Shown here piece after piece: positions 17,743-27,540 of a stretch of DNA of 59,735 bases. The stretch is from an uncultured delta proteobacterium. GTDB lineage: Bacteria; Myxococcota_A; Polyangia; Fen-1088. Where the stretch lies: NCBI GenBank assembly GCA_963767925.1, contig CAVYGB010000005.1:1-59735 (forward strand), read 5' to 3'. The notes below the pieces were generated by a model. It had not been told where the DNA came from. It saw only the letters and a program-made list of their open reading frames with translations, and did no database searches. The translations under genes were made by a program, and so were the position numbers. Positions within the stretch are counted from its first letter, which is position 1. Each line of letters begins with the position of its first letter.

Positions 17743-18999
17743 TCAGGGCAGGGCGTCCAGGAGTGAGCGGGCGTTCACGTAGGCCAGGCCCAGGGCCAGC
17801 CCGTGTTCCAGCAGCGGCTCGGCCTCGATCAGCTTGCGCGGCAAGTAGCCGGTCGCGTCCACCCGGGGGTTGCTGGTGAACACCGCCAGGCAGCCCGGCG
17901 CGGCGCCCGGGGCGGGCAGCAGGTCCCAGCCCATGGCGGCGCCCTCCCAGTCCCCGCCGCGGGCGTCGGCCCGGAAGCGCGGCCGCAGCGTCACCGCCCA
18001 GCGCGCGTCGAAGTCCACGAAGGGAAAGCGCGCGTCGACCTCCCAGCGGGCGGCGTCCGGCGCGTCGCCCGGGGCCACCGCGATCGCCTGCCAGCCCGGC
18101 AGGGCCTGCCAGGGGCCCGGCTGGGTGATCCCCGCCTGCACCCGCTCGAGGGGCGCGGACATCACCAGGCCGAGCTGGGTGGCCAGCAGGCGCCCGTCGG
18201 GCCGGCTCGCCACCGCGGCCAGCGCGGCGCCGGGGGCCAGCGGCGCCAGCGCGGCGAGGACCGCGCCGAGGGGCTGCCCACTCAGCGCGGCGGCCCCGGG
18301 CGCGCGCAGGGGTGCCCGGGGCCAGCGGGCCCGCGCCGGGCCGCTGGCCGGGCGCTCGGCCTCGAGCACGAGGGCGCGCAGGAGCACGTAGAAGGCGGCC
18401 ACCGCCATGGCCGGCTCGGCGTAGGCGTGGCGGGCGGCCAGCCGGCGGGTGATCCAGCTCGCCGCCTTGAGGTTGGCCCCGCCCTGCAGCAGCAGGATCG
18501 CGTTGGCGCCCTCGGGCACCACGGTGAGCGAGAAGCGCCCCGGCAGCAGGTCGCCCGCCACGAGCTGCAGCGTCGCCCCGTCGGGGCGCGGGCGCAGCCA
18601 GAGCTGGCCCTCCAGGTTCCACAGCGGGATCTCGAGCTCCCAGGCCAGCAGCCGGGCCGGCGGCGCGCCGCCCGTGCCCGCCTCGCGGCGCAGGGTCTCG
18701 GCCCGCACGAAGGCCGGCACCGCCCGCCGGTAGGCGGCCGGGTCGGCCAGCAGCGCCACGACCTTCTCCGCGGGCGCCTGCACCCGCGCCGCCAGCTCCA
18801 GCTCCACCGGCTGACCGGCGCGGGCGGGGGAAAAGCGGATCAGATCGCCCTCGTCCAGCGCCGCCAGCCCCCGCACAAGGTCGGAGGCCCCGCCCGCTCC
18901 GGCGCGCGCCGGCCCGGCCTCGGCCAGCAGGAGCGACAAGCCGAGCAGGCCGGCGAGCGCGCGGCGAAGAGCGGCGTTGATGAAGCGAGGCACGATCAC
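17743..18999 (-). CDS. Secreted hypothetical protein, possibly tandem START/SRPBCC-like domains
   Basis: GTG 18999 overlaps the upstream TGA (GTGA). Signal peptide, then two similar halves (WELEIPLWNLEG versus WEVDARFPFVDFDA). Confidence 0.6.
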   Translation of the reverse strand: MIVPRFINAALRRALAGLLGLSLLLAEAGPARAGAGGASDLVRGLAALDEGDLIRFSPARAGQPVELELAARVQAPAEKVVALLADPAAYRRAVPAFVRAETLRREAGTGGAPPARLLAWELEIPLWNLEGQLWLRPRPDGATLQLVAGDLLPGRFSLTVVPEGANAILLLQGGANLKAASWITRRLAARHAYAEPAMAVAAFYVLLRALVLEAERPASGPARARWPRAPLRAPGAAALSGQPLGAVLAALAPLAPGAALAAVASRPDGRLLATQLGLVMSAPLERVQAGITQPGPWQALPGWQAIAVAPGDAPDAARWEVDARFPFVDFDARWAVTLRPRFRADARGGDWEGAAMGWDLLPAPGAAPGCLAVFTSNPRVDATGYLPRKLIEAEPLLEHGLALGLAYVNARSLLDALP

Positions 19000-20063
19000 C
19001 CCAGACCGAGAAGCTGGGCCCGCTGGGGGCGCGCGGCCACCACCGCCTCGTGCAGGGACCACTGGCCCTGGGCCCGCACCAGGTTGTGCTCGCCCCGGGT
19101 GGCGAAGCGGCCGGGGTCCCAGCCGAAGTAGCTCTCGTCGAGGGCGTCGGTGGCGAAGCGAACCGCCAGCTCGAGGCTGACCCACTCGAGCCCCAGCAGC
19201 AGGGCCCGCCCCTCCTCGGGCAACAGCGGGCGCGCCCGCCCGGCCCGGTAGCCCTCGAGCGAGGCGGCGAGCAGGGCGAGGTCGAAGGCCGCCTCGGGCT
19301 GGTCCTCGCCGTTGCGGTTGCACCAGGACCGCCAGGCGTCGGCCAGCTCGAAGGTCAGCGGCCCCGGCCCCACCGTGTCGAGATCGATCAGGCACAGCGG
19401 ATCGGCGGCGGCGCCGCCCGGCCCCGCCGAAAACAGGACGTTGTTGAACTTCAGATCGCCGTGGCAGATCCGCTCGGGCAGGACCGGCAGCGCGGGCAGC
19501 GCCGCCGCCCGGGCCAGCAGCGCGGCGGACAGCGCGGTCACGGGGGCGAACAGACGGTGGGCGTCGTGGTGGGCCAGCGCCTGGCGCAGGCGCTCGAGGT
19601 GGCGGGGGGTGTCGTGGGCGCCCCGGCGGCGCTCGGTGAAGCCGTGGTCCAGGTCCTCGAGCGCGGCGTGAAAGCGGCCGACCAGCGCGCCCGCCGCGCG
19701 CGCCTGTTCGGGCGAGGCGATCACGTCGAAGGTGACGCCGTCGACGAAGGTCATCAGGCGCCAGACCCCCTGCGCGCCGAGCTCGAGGCACAGCTCGCCG
19801 CCGCGGGCCGGCACCAGCCGGGGGGTGAGCAGGCCGCGGGTGTGGAGGTGCTCGGTGACGGCGAGGATGTTGCGCTGGATCCCCACCGGGAAGATCCCGC
19901 TCACCTTCTGGAGGACGAAGCGCGGCCCGCCGCCGGTCTCGACCAGGTAGGTGTCGTTGATGAGACCGGTCCCGAAGCGGCGCACCGTGGCCCCGGGGCC
20001 GATTGCCGCATAGCGCGGCAGGACCTCGGGAGGAATCGGGCTGGCGGCGGCACTCGGATCCAC
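18996..20063 (-). CDS. Aminoglycoside phosphotransferase (APH)-family kinase, N-acetylhexosamine kinase-like
   Basis: Motifs GLINDTY, FVLQKV, HDTPRH, HGDLKFNNVLF, LIDLDT and RFATDAL..SYF. The start is uncertain because the ORF is open to 20204. Confidence 0.85.
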   Translation of the reverse strand: MDPSAAASPIPPEVLPRYAAIGPGATVRRFGTGLINDTYLVETGGGPRFVLQKVSGIFPVGIQRNILAVTEHLHTRGLLTPRLVPARGGELCLELGAQGVWRLMTFVDGVTFDVIASPEQARAAGALVGRFHAALEDLDHGFTERRRGAHDTPRHLERLRQALAHHDAHRLFAPVTALSAALLARAAALPALPVLPERICHGDLKFNNVLFSAGPGGAAADPLCLIDLDTVGPGPLTFELADAWRSWCNRNGEDQPEAAFDLALLAASLEGYRAGRARPLLPEEGRALLLGLEWVSLELAVRFATDALDESYFGWDPGRFATRGEHNLVRAQGQWSLHEAVVAARPQRAQLLGLG

Positions 20064-20250
20064 CCTGACAGCCTGGGGCGGCGTACCAGCCGGGAGCAAG
20101 TCCTTCTTGTGCCGGCGACCCGGGCCAGGACACGGATCGGCGCTGGCCCCGGCCCGGGCCCCCGGTGGACAGAGGACGTTCCGGTCCGGCACGTCTGAAC
20201 GCACCAGCCGATCCGCGTCTCTGTCGACCGACGGCCGCGCCGGGCCGCCG

Positions 20251-21342
20251 TCAGCGGTTGCCGCGGAAGGCGCGCTTGAGGCGCTCCTTCAGACCCAGGC
20301 GGTCGAGCGTGCGCACGGCCGTGCGAGAGGCGGAGGCCAGGGCCAGGTGGCAGCCGACCAGGGCGGCGTTCTTCACGCTGGGGCGGAAGTAATAGATGTC
20401 GGCGCACTGAGCGTGGGCCCGGGCCCAGAACTCCTTGTGGCCCCCCTCGCCCTCGGTGAAGTCGAAGAGCTGGTAGCGGCCCTCGGCGAACAGCTTCTCG
20501 AGCACCAGGTACTGCAGCACCGTGCCGGGCGAGAGCACGGCCAGGTCGGGCTCGTAGCCCACCCATTCGTAGAGCACGCGCCCGTCGTAGATCGGGCACA
20601 GCAGGAAGGCCGCCGGCCGGCCGCCGAGCACGAGCAGGTAGCCCCGGGCGTTGCCGGCGTCGGCCAGGGCGTGGATCTCGTCGAGGAAGGCCTGGTCCGA
20701 AGGGAGGCTGCGCCCGAGCAGCCGCTGCTGGTAGGTGCGCTCGGCCAGGGGGGCGGCGAGGGTGAGGAACTCCTGGATCTCGGGCCAGGTGCGAAACTCG
20801 CGGCACACCAGATCGCCGCCGTGGGCCTCGGCGCACTTGCGGATCTTGCGCTTGAGCGTGTTGCGGCTCTTCGAAGAAAAGCCCTGCAGGTAGTCCTCGA
20901 AGGTGCCCGGGCGCAGGTCCACGTAATAGCGCCGGTATTGCGAGGGCACGTAGCGGATGAAGCCGCCGCGCAGGCCGAGGCGGCTGAGCGGCTTTTCGAT
21001 CGGCAGCGAGCGCACGAGGGCGGCGTCGGTGCCGGCGGCCAGCGCCGCCTCGGGCGGCACCGGGCCCTCGCCGGCGGCGGCGCCGTTGCTCTGCCCGAGC
21101 AACGACACACCTCGGAGCATCACGGTGGCGAGGCGAAACTCACCGAGCCGGAAGTCCATCTCGAGAGGGGTCGCGGTCCAGTCGGTCATGGTTGTGCTCG
21201 CGGGTTGGCGCGCGGAGTTGGGCGCAGACGGGTCTTCAGACCCTTCGTCATTTTGACGCATTTCTGGAGCCTCCGACATGGACACACCGAACCGTTCTCC
21301 GGAACCGATGTGTGACCGGCGTTGCGTCAGTGACTGTGACAT
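20251..21342 (-). CDS. GNAT-family N-acetyltransferase (CelD/BcsL-like)
   Basis: Motifs FEDYLQGFSSKSRNTLKRK, GYEPDLAVLSPGTVL and FDFTEGEGGHK. The true start is probably downstream of 21342. Confidence 0.8.
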   Translation of the reverse strand: MSQSLTQRRSHIGSGERFGVSMSEAPEMRQNDEGSEDPSAPNSARQPASTTMTDWTATPLEMDFRLGEFRLATVMLRGVSLLGQSNGAAAGEGPVPPEAALAAGTDAALVRSLPIEKPLSRLGLRGGFIRYVPSQYRRYYVDLRPGTFEDYLQGFSSKSRNTLKRKIRKCAEAHGGDLVCREFRTWPEIQEFLTLAAPLAERTYQQRLLGRSLPSDQAFLDEIHALADAGNARGYLLVLGGRPAAFLLCPIYDGRVLYEWVGYEPDLAVLSPGTVLQYLVLEKLFAEGRYQLFDFTEGEGGHKEFWARAHAQCADIYYFRPSVKNAALVGCHLALASASRTAVRTLDRLGLKERLKRAFRGNR

Positions 21343-21437
21343 TTTCGAGGGGCCCGCCCGAATTCTCGACGGCGGAGGCGAGCGTCACTAGACTGGGCCG
21401 CCATTTGGCGCTGTCGCCCCCGGCGAGGACAGGAATC

Positions 21438-23168
21438 ATGTCCCAAAGACGCCACCTCCACGGTTTGCGCGTTCTCTTCCTGCTGGCAGCCGGGCTGGCA
21501 GCCTCGGCCTGTGTGACCAAGCCGACCAACTCGCGGGTCATCGGCTCGAGGGACGGCCGCCGCCCGACCGGCGACGCCCGCCCGAGCGCGGTGCCCGACG
21601 TCCTCGCCTCCGAGCCGCCCGACGCGGGCCCGCCCGACGGGCCCGATCCGCTCGGCCCCGCCGGGGCCTGCGAGCGGGGCGATCAGTGCGAGAGCGGCTA
21701 CTGCGTGGAGGGCGTCTGCTGCAACGTCGCCTGCGGCGGGAGCTGCGTGAGCTGCACCCAGCCCGGCCGGATCGGCGAGTGTGTCCCCGTGCCCGCCGGG
21801 GTGGAGGACCCGCGCAACGGTTGCCGCCGCGACGGCGCCGACAGCTGCCGGCAGAGCGGCTTTTGCAACGGCCGGGGCGGCTGCGCCCAGTACCCCACCG
21901 GCACGGCCTGCGCGCCGTCGGCCTGCGCGGGGCCCCGCACCTTCTTGCCGGCGGGAGAATGCGACGGCGACGGCACCTGTGTCATGGGGGCGCCGCTCGA
22001 GTGCACCCCCTTCAACTGCGAGAACGCGGCCTGCCGGGCGAGCTGCGTGTCGGACAGCGACTGCGTGCCGCCCAACGTCTGCGCCGCGGGCAAGTGCGGC
22101 CTGCGCGGCAACGGTCAAGCCTGCACCGCGAGCGACCAGTGCCTGAGCAAGTTCTGTGTCGACGGCGTCTGCTGCGAGGAGGCCTGCACCGGGCGCTGCT
22201 CGTTCTGCGCCTCGCCGGCCAGCCGGGGGACCTGCGCCGAGGTGCGCATGGGCGCGCCCGACCCGCGCGCCGCCGCCGGGGTGAGCGATCCGTCGAAGGT
22301 GTGCCTCGATCAGGGGACCGCCTCCTGCGGCACCAACGGCCGCTGCGACGGCGAGGGGGGCTGCCTGCGCTACGACGACGGCACCGTGTGCCGGGAGGCC
22401 CGCTGCGAGAGCTCGGCCAACGCCCAGTTCGCCCAGTCGGTCTGCGAGGACGGGAGCTGCCGTTCGCCCGCGGGGACGAGCTGCGCGCCCTTCCGCGGCT
22501 GCGCCGGGGCCCGCTGCCTCACCGAGTGCAGCAGCGACTCCCGCTGCATCTCGGGATTGTTCTGCATCGATGAGAGCTGCGAGAAGAAGCCGCAGGGCAG
22601 CTCCTGCGAGGAGGACACCGACTGCCTCACCGGCATCTGCGCCCAGGGCCGCTGCTGCAACGAGGCCTGCGACTCGGACTGCCGGTCGTGCAACCTCGAG
22701 GGCCGCCGGGGGGTCTGCTCGGTGCGCACCTTCGAGGAGGAGATCGACACCGACGAGGACAACGTCCTCGAGCCCGAGCCGGTCTACTTCAACGACGGCG
22801 ACGACGTGCCGCCCGGCACGTACACAATCAGCTACGTGAGCGGCTGCAACAAATACGCGCCCGACCAGGGCTGGACGGTCAACGCCACCGACGAGACCGG
22901 GTGCTGCTCCTGGTACCTGATCGGCGCGACCCCCGCCGACAAGAAGCTGGTCATGCCCGGCAACGTCGGCCTCACCGCCGGCATGGGCGCCCACGTCGAG
23001 TTCGCGGCCTGCGAGGCGGCCAGCCGCACGGCCCCGGCCAGGACGTACACCCACCCCGGCGGTCCGCTGGGGGTGTTCCTGCAAGACGCCGGCTACGAAG
23101 ACAACGTCCCGGGCGAAGACGACGAGAACCCGGTCTGGCGCATCAGCGGCACCCTCACCTGTCCGTAG
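21438..23168 (+). CDS. Cys-rich repeat lipoprotein with a C-terminal globular domain
   Basis: ATG follows AGGA. Lipobox ASAC and repeated C.SG.CV.GVCC..AC.G.C.SC units, then a Cys-poor acidic C-terminal domain. Confidence 0.8.
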   Translation: MSQRRHLHGLRVLFLLAAGLAASACVTKPTNSRVIGSRDGRRPTGDARPSAVPDVLASEPPDAGPPDGPDPLGPAGACERGDQCESGYCVEGVCCNVACGGSCVSCTQPGRIGECVPVPAGVEDPRNGCRRDGADSCRQSGFCNGRGGCAQYPTGTACAPSACAGPRTFLPAGECDGDGTCVMGAPLECTPFNCENAACRASCVSDSDCVPPNVCAAGKCGLRGNGQACTASDQCLSKFCVDGVCCEEACTGRCSFCASPASRGTCAEVRMGAPDPRAAAGVSDPSKVCLDQGTASCGTNGRCDGEGGCLRYDDGTVCREARCESSANAQFAQSVCEDGSCRSPAGTSCAPFRGCAGARCLTECSSDSRCISGLFCIDESCEKKPQGSSCEEDTDCLTGICAQGRCCNEACDSDCRSCNLEGRRGVCSVRTFEEEIDTDEDNVLEPEPVYFNDGDDVPPGTYTISYVSGCNKYAPDQGWTVNATDETGCCSWYLIGATPADKKLVMPGNVGLTAGMGAHVEFAACEAASRTAPARTYTHPGGPLGVFLQDAGYEDNVPGEDDENPVWRISGTLTCP

Positions 23169-23192
23169 CGGTTGCACCGCGGAACGCCGGCG

Positions 23193-23245
23193 GACCCAAC
23201 CCCTCCTCTCCCCGCTGCCGCGGGGCAAGGGCGAACGGGCAGCGG
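23193..23245. repeat. REP-like palindromic element, subtype A
   Basis: CCCTCCTCTCCCCGCTGCCGCGGGGCAAGGGCGAACGGGCAGCGG. Confidence 0.65.
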
Positions 23246-23433
23246 GATGCGTGACTCGGCAGTTTTCCTCGGGCGGCGAGAGGATCCTGACGTGATCCGG
23301 CGCGATGGCGACGCTCGACACTGGCGTCGGCGCTCGGGTAAACTGGGACCTCCTTCGCCTCTTAATTGTCGGAGCGGGGCGTCTGCTGGTGCGCGGGACG
23401 CTGTCTTGGTCGATGAGTCCTAGACGTTCTCTT

Positions 23434-25257
23434 ATGCGGCGGTTCTTGTCGTTGCTGGGTGTGGGCCTGGCGGCGGTGCTCGCCATGGTGGCGGCGGGGT
23501 GCATGACCAGCTCGCGCCGCACGCCTGGCGCCACCCCGCTCGAGCCGCCCGCGGGCCGGCCGGCCGACGGGGGCAGCGGGCCCTCCACCATCGACCCACC
23601 CGTCCAGCCCCGGCCCGACGGCGGGGGCAACGTCTGTCCGGGGCCGGTGGGGATCCCGAAGAACGCGGGCGAGGCCTGCGCCTGCGACGGCGAGTGCGCG
23701 CCCGGGTTCTGCCAGGAGGGGACCTGCTGCAGCGAAAGTAGCTGCGGCAAGCGCGCCCTGGGCTCGCCCTGCCAGCGCCCCGAGCAGTGCGAGAGCGGTC
23801 AGTGCGCCGACGGCGTCTGCTGCAACGTCGCCTGCGCCGGGACCTGCGTGAGCTGCAACCAGCCCGACCGCACCGGCGAGTGCATGCCGGTGCCGGCGGG
23901 GCAAAAAGATCCGCGCGACCAGTGCCGGCAGGAGGCGGAGGAGACCTGCGGCCTGAGCGGGTGGTGCAACGGGCAGGGCGGCTGCGCGAAATACGCCCCC
24001 GGCACGGCCTGCGGCGCCTCCTCCTGCTCGGGCCCCCGCACCTTCATCCCCGGGGGCGAGTGTGACGGCGAGGGGGTGTGCGTGAAGGGCGCCGCCCTCG
24101 AGTGCACCCCCTTCAACTGCGAGGCGGGGAGCTGCCGATCGAGCTGCGTGGCCGACGCCGACTGCGTGCCCCCCAACGTGTGCGCCGGCGGCCGCTGCGG
24201 CCTGCGGGGCCTGGGGCAGACCTGCGCCGCCGGCGATCAGTGCCAGACCAGCTTCTGCGTCGACGGGGTGTGCTGCGAGAACGCCTGCACCGGGCGCTGC
24301 TCGTTCTGCGCCTCGCCCAGCAGCCGCGGCACCTGCGCCCCGGTGCGGGCGGGGGCCCCCGATCCCCGGGCCGCCGCCGGCGTCAACGATCCCGCGCTGG
24401 TCTGCCTGGACGAGGGCGTCGCCTCCTGCGGCGACAACGGCCGCTGCGATGGTCGGGGGGCCTGCCAGGGCTACGAGAACGGGGCCACCTGCCGGGCCGC
24501 CCGCTGCGAGGCGGGTGGCAACGCCGAGACCGGCGCCTCGGTGTGCATGAACGGGGGCTGTCGGGCCCCCTCGAGCGTGAGCTGCGCTCCTTTCCGCGGC
24601 TGCACCGGCACCCGCTGCATCACCCGCTGCACGGCCGACAACCAGTGCGCCTCGGGCTTCTTCTGCCTCGGCGGCACCTGCGGCAAGCGGCCCAACGGCG
24701 GCCTGTGCAGCCGCGACGGCGACTGCGTCTCCGGCACCTGCGCTCAGGGCCGCTGCTGCGCCTCGGAGTGCGACGCGCCCTGCATGGCCTGCAACGTGGC
24801 CGGCTCGCTCGGCACCTGCGCCCCGCTGACGGCGGGGACCGAGGACGACGCCTGCGGCGACGCCCGCTGCAGCGCCTGCGACGGCAACGGGGGCTGCGCC
24901 CGCACGCCGGGGACGGTCTGCCAGAATAGCTGCGGCCCCGGCGACGGCGCGACCGTCACCCACCTGTGCAACGCCGCCGGCGCCTGCCTGCCCGGCCAGC
25001 CGGTGGCCTGCTTGCCCGGCCAGCGCTGCCGCATGGGCGCCTGCGCCTGCCCCGGCGGCCAGCTCGTGTGCGGCGCGGCCTGCGTCGACATCCGCGCCGA
25101 CGCCCAGCACTGCGGCGGCTGCAACCGCGCCTGCCCGGCCGGCGGCGCCTGCCGGGACGGCATGTGCGCCTGCCCGCCCGAGCGCCCGGCCTGCGGCGCC
25201 GTCTGCTGCGACGGCACCTGCACCCTCGGCCTCTGCGTCCCCGTGCTCGGCCCCTGA
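23434..25257 (+). CDS. Cys-rich repeat lipoprotein, paralog of the upstream gene
   Basis: Lipobox AAGC and a core closely matching the 21438 gene (ACTGRCSFCASP.SRGTCA.VR.GAPDPRAAAGV). C-terminus CVDIRADAQHCGGCNRAC. Confidence 0.8.
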   Translation: MRRFLSLLGVGLAAVLAMVAAGCMTSSRRTPGATPLEPPAGRPADGGSGPSTIDPPVQPRPDGGGNVCPGPVGIPKNAGEACACDGECAPGFCQEGTCCSESSCGKRALGSPCQRPEQCESGQCADGVCCNVACAGTCVSCNQPDRTGECMPVPAGQKDPRDQCRQEAEETCGLSGWCNGQGGCAKYAPGTACGASSCSGPRTFIPGGECDGEGVCVKGAALECTPFNCEAGSCRSSCVADADCVPPNVCAGGRCGLRGLGQTCAAGDQCQTSFCVDGVCCENACTGRCSFCASPSSRGTCAPVRAGAPDPRAAAGVNDPALVCLDEGVASCGDNGRCDGRGACQGYENGATCRAARCEAGGNAETGASVCMNGGCRAPSSVSCAPFRGCTGTRCITRCTADNQCASGFFCLGGTCGKRPNGGLCSRDGDCVSGTCAQGRCCASECDAPCMACNVAGSLGTCAPLTAGTEDDACGDARCSACDGNGGCARTPGTVCQNSCGPGDGATVTHLCNAAGACLPGQPVACLPGQRCRMGACACPGGQLVCGAACVDIRADAQHCGGCNRACPAGGACRDGMCACPPERPACGAVCCDGTCTLGLCVPVLGP

Positions 25258-25403
25258 CCCCGCGATCGCCCGGGCGCGGTCGGAGCTGTCCTCTTTGGCC
25301 CGGTCATGTTCGAGCTGACCATCCGTGGAGCGTCAGCCTCCGACGATTTTGCAGGTGTGCCGGAGCGCGATCGGGGCTAGCTTGGGCGGGCGAGGAGGCC
25401 GCC

Positions 25404-26514
<1,111 letters not shown>

Positions 26515-26553
26515 GGTCCCCGCCCGGCGCGGCCGGGCGGCTCGCTGCGGGGT

Positions 26554-27318
26554 ATGATGGCGGCCATGGGCACGCTGGTCATCGAGCCGATCCCCTGTCT
26601 CATGGACAACTACGCCTACCTGATCTTCGACCCGGACGGCGGGGGCGAGGGGTTCCTGGTCGACCCCTCGGAGCCGGGGCCGCCGCAGGAGGCGCTGACC
26701 CGGCACAACCTCGTGCTGCGCGGGATCCTGGCCACCCACCACCACCCCGACCACGTGGGCGGCATCTCCGAGCTGTCCGAGCGCGCGGGCGAGGCGCTGC
26801 GCTTCGTGGCCGCGTTCAGCGGGGACCGCGGGCGCATCCCGGGGCAGACCGTGTTCGTCGACGCGCCGGCCGACCGGTTCGTCGCCACCGATATGAAGGT
26901 CGCGGGGCGCACCCTGGTGGTGCGGCACATCCCCGGTCACACGCGGGGGGCCATGGCGATCGGCCTGTCGGAGGGGAACGACGTCCCCGGCGACGTGTTC
27001 ACCGGCGACACCCTGTTCGCCGCCGGCTGCGGCCGGCTGTTCGAGGGGACGCCCGCCGAGATGTTCCGCAGCCTGCGGGCGTTGACCGCCCTGCCCGAGA
27101 CCACCCGCCTGTGGTTCGGCCACGAATACACCGCCGGCAACCTGCGCTTCGCCGCCTCGGTCGAGCCCGACAACCAGGCGGTCAGCGCGCGCGCCGCTGC
27201 CTTGCCCGCCCGCACGACGCCCACCACGGTCGCCCTCGAGCGCGCCACCAACCCCTTCGTCCGCGCCGCCACCGTCGAGGAGCTCGCCGCCCGCCGGGCG
27301 GCCAAGGACAAGTTCTAG
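26554..27318 (+). CDS. gloB: Hydroxyacylglutathione hydrolase (glyoxalase II)
   Basis: Motifs DNYAYL, THHHPDHVGG, PGHT, FTGDTLFAAGCGRLFEGT, GHEYT..NLRFA and E..TNPF.R..KDKF. Confidence 0.9.
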   Translation: MMAAMGTLVIEPIPCLMDNYAYLIFDPDGGGEGFLVDPSEPGPPQEALTRHNLVLRGILATHHHPDHVGGISELSERAGEALRFVAAFSGDRGRIPGQTVFVDAPADRFVATDMKVAGRTLVVRHIPGHTRGAMAIGLSEGNDVPGDVFTGDTLFAAGCGRLFEGTPAEMFRSLRALTALPETTRLWFGHEYTAGNLRFAASVEPDNQAVSARAAALPARTTPTTVALERATNPFVRAATVEELAARRAAKDKF

Positions 27319-27341
27319 CCCACCGATCGGGTCGAGCCGCG

Positions 27342-27514
27342 GACCCCTCACCCCTCACTCTCCCCGCTGCCGCGGGGCGAGGGTGAACGATTGCGGGTGC
27401 CGCGATCGTCTTTGCGAGCTGGGATCCGGGTCGGACTTTGCCTGAGATCTCGGCTTTTCCGTTGCCCGTTCGCCCTCGCCCCGCGGCAGCGGGGAGAGGG
27501 GGGGGTGAGGGGTC
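27342..27514. repeat. Inverted REP doublet (REPIN-like)
   Basis: Subtype A REP at 27342-27390 and its reverse complement at ~27462-27514, with a ~72-bp spacer. Confidence 0.75.
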
Positions 27515-27540
27515 TGCGCGTGAGCGGCGGGGAGCCGCGA

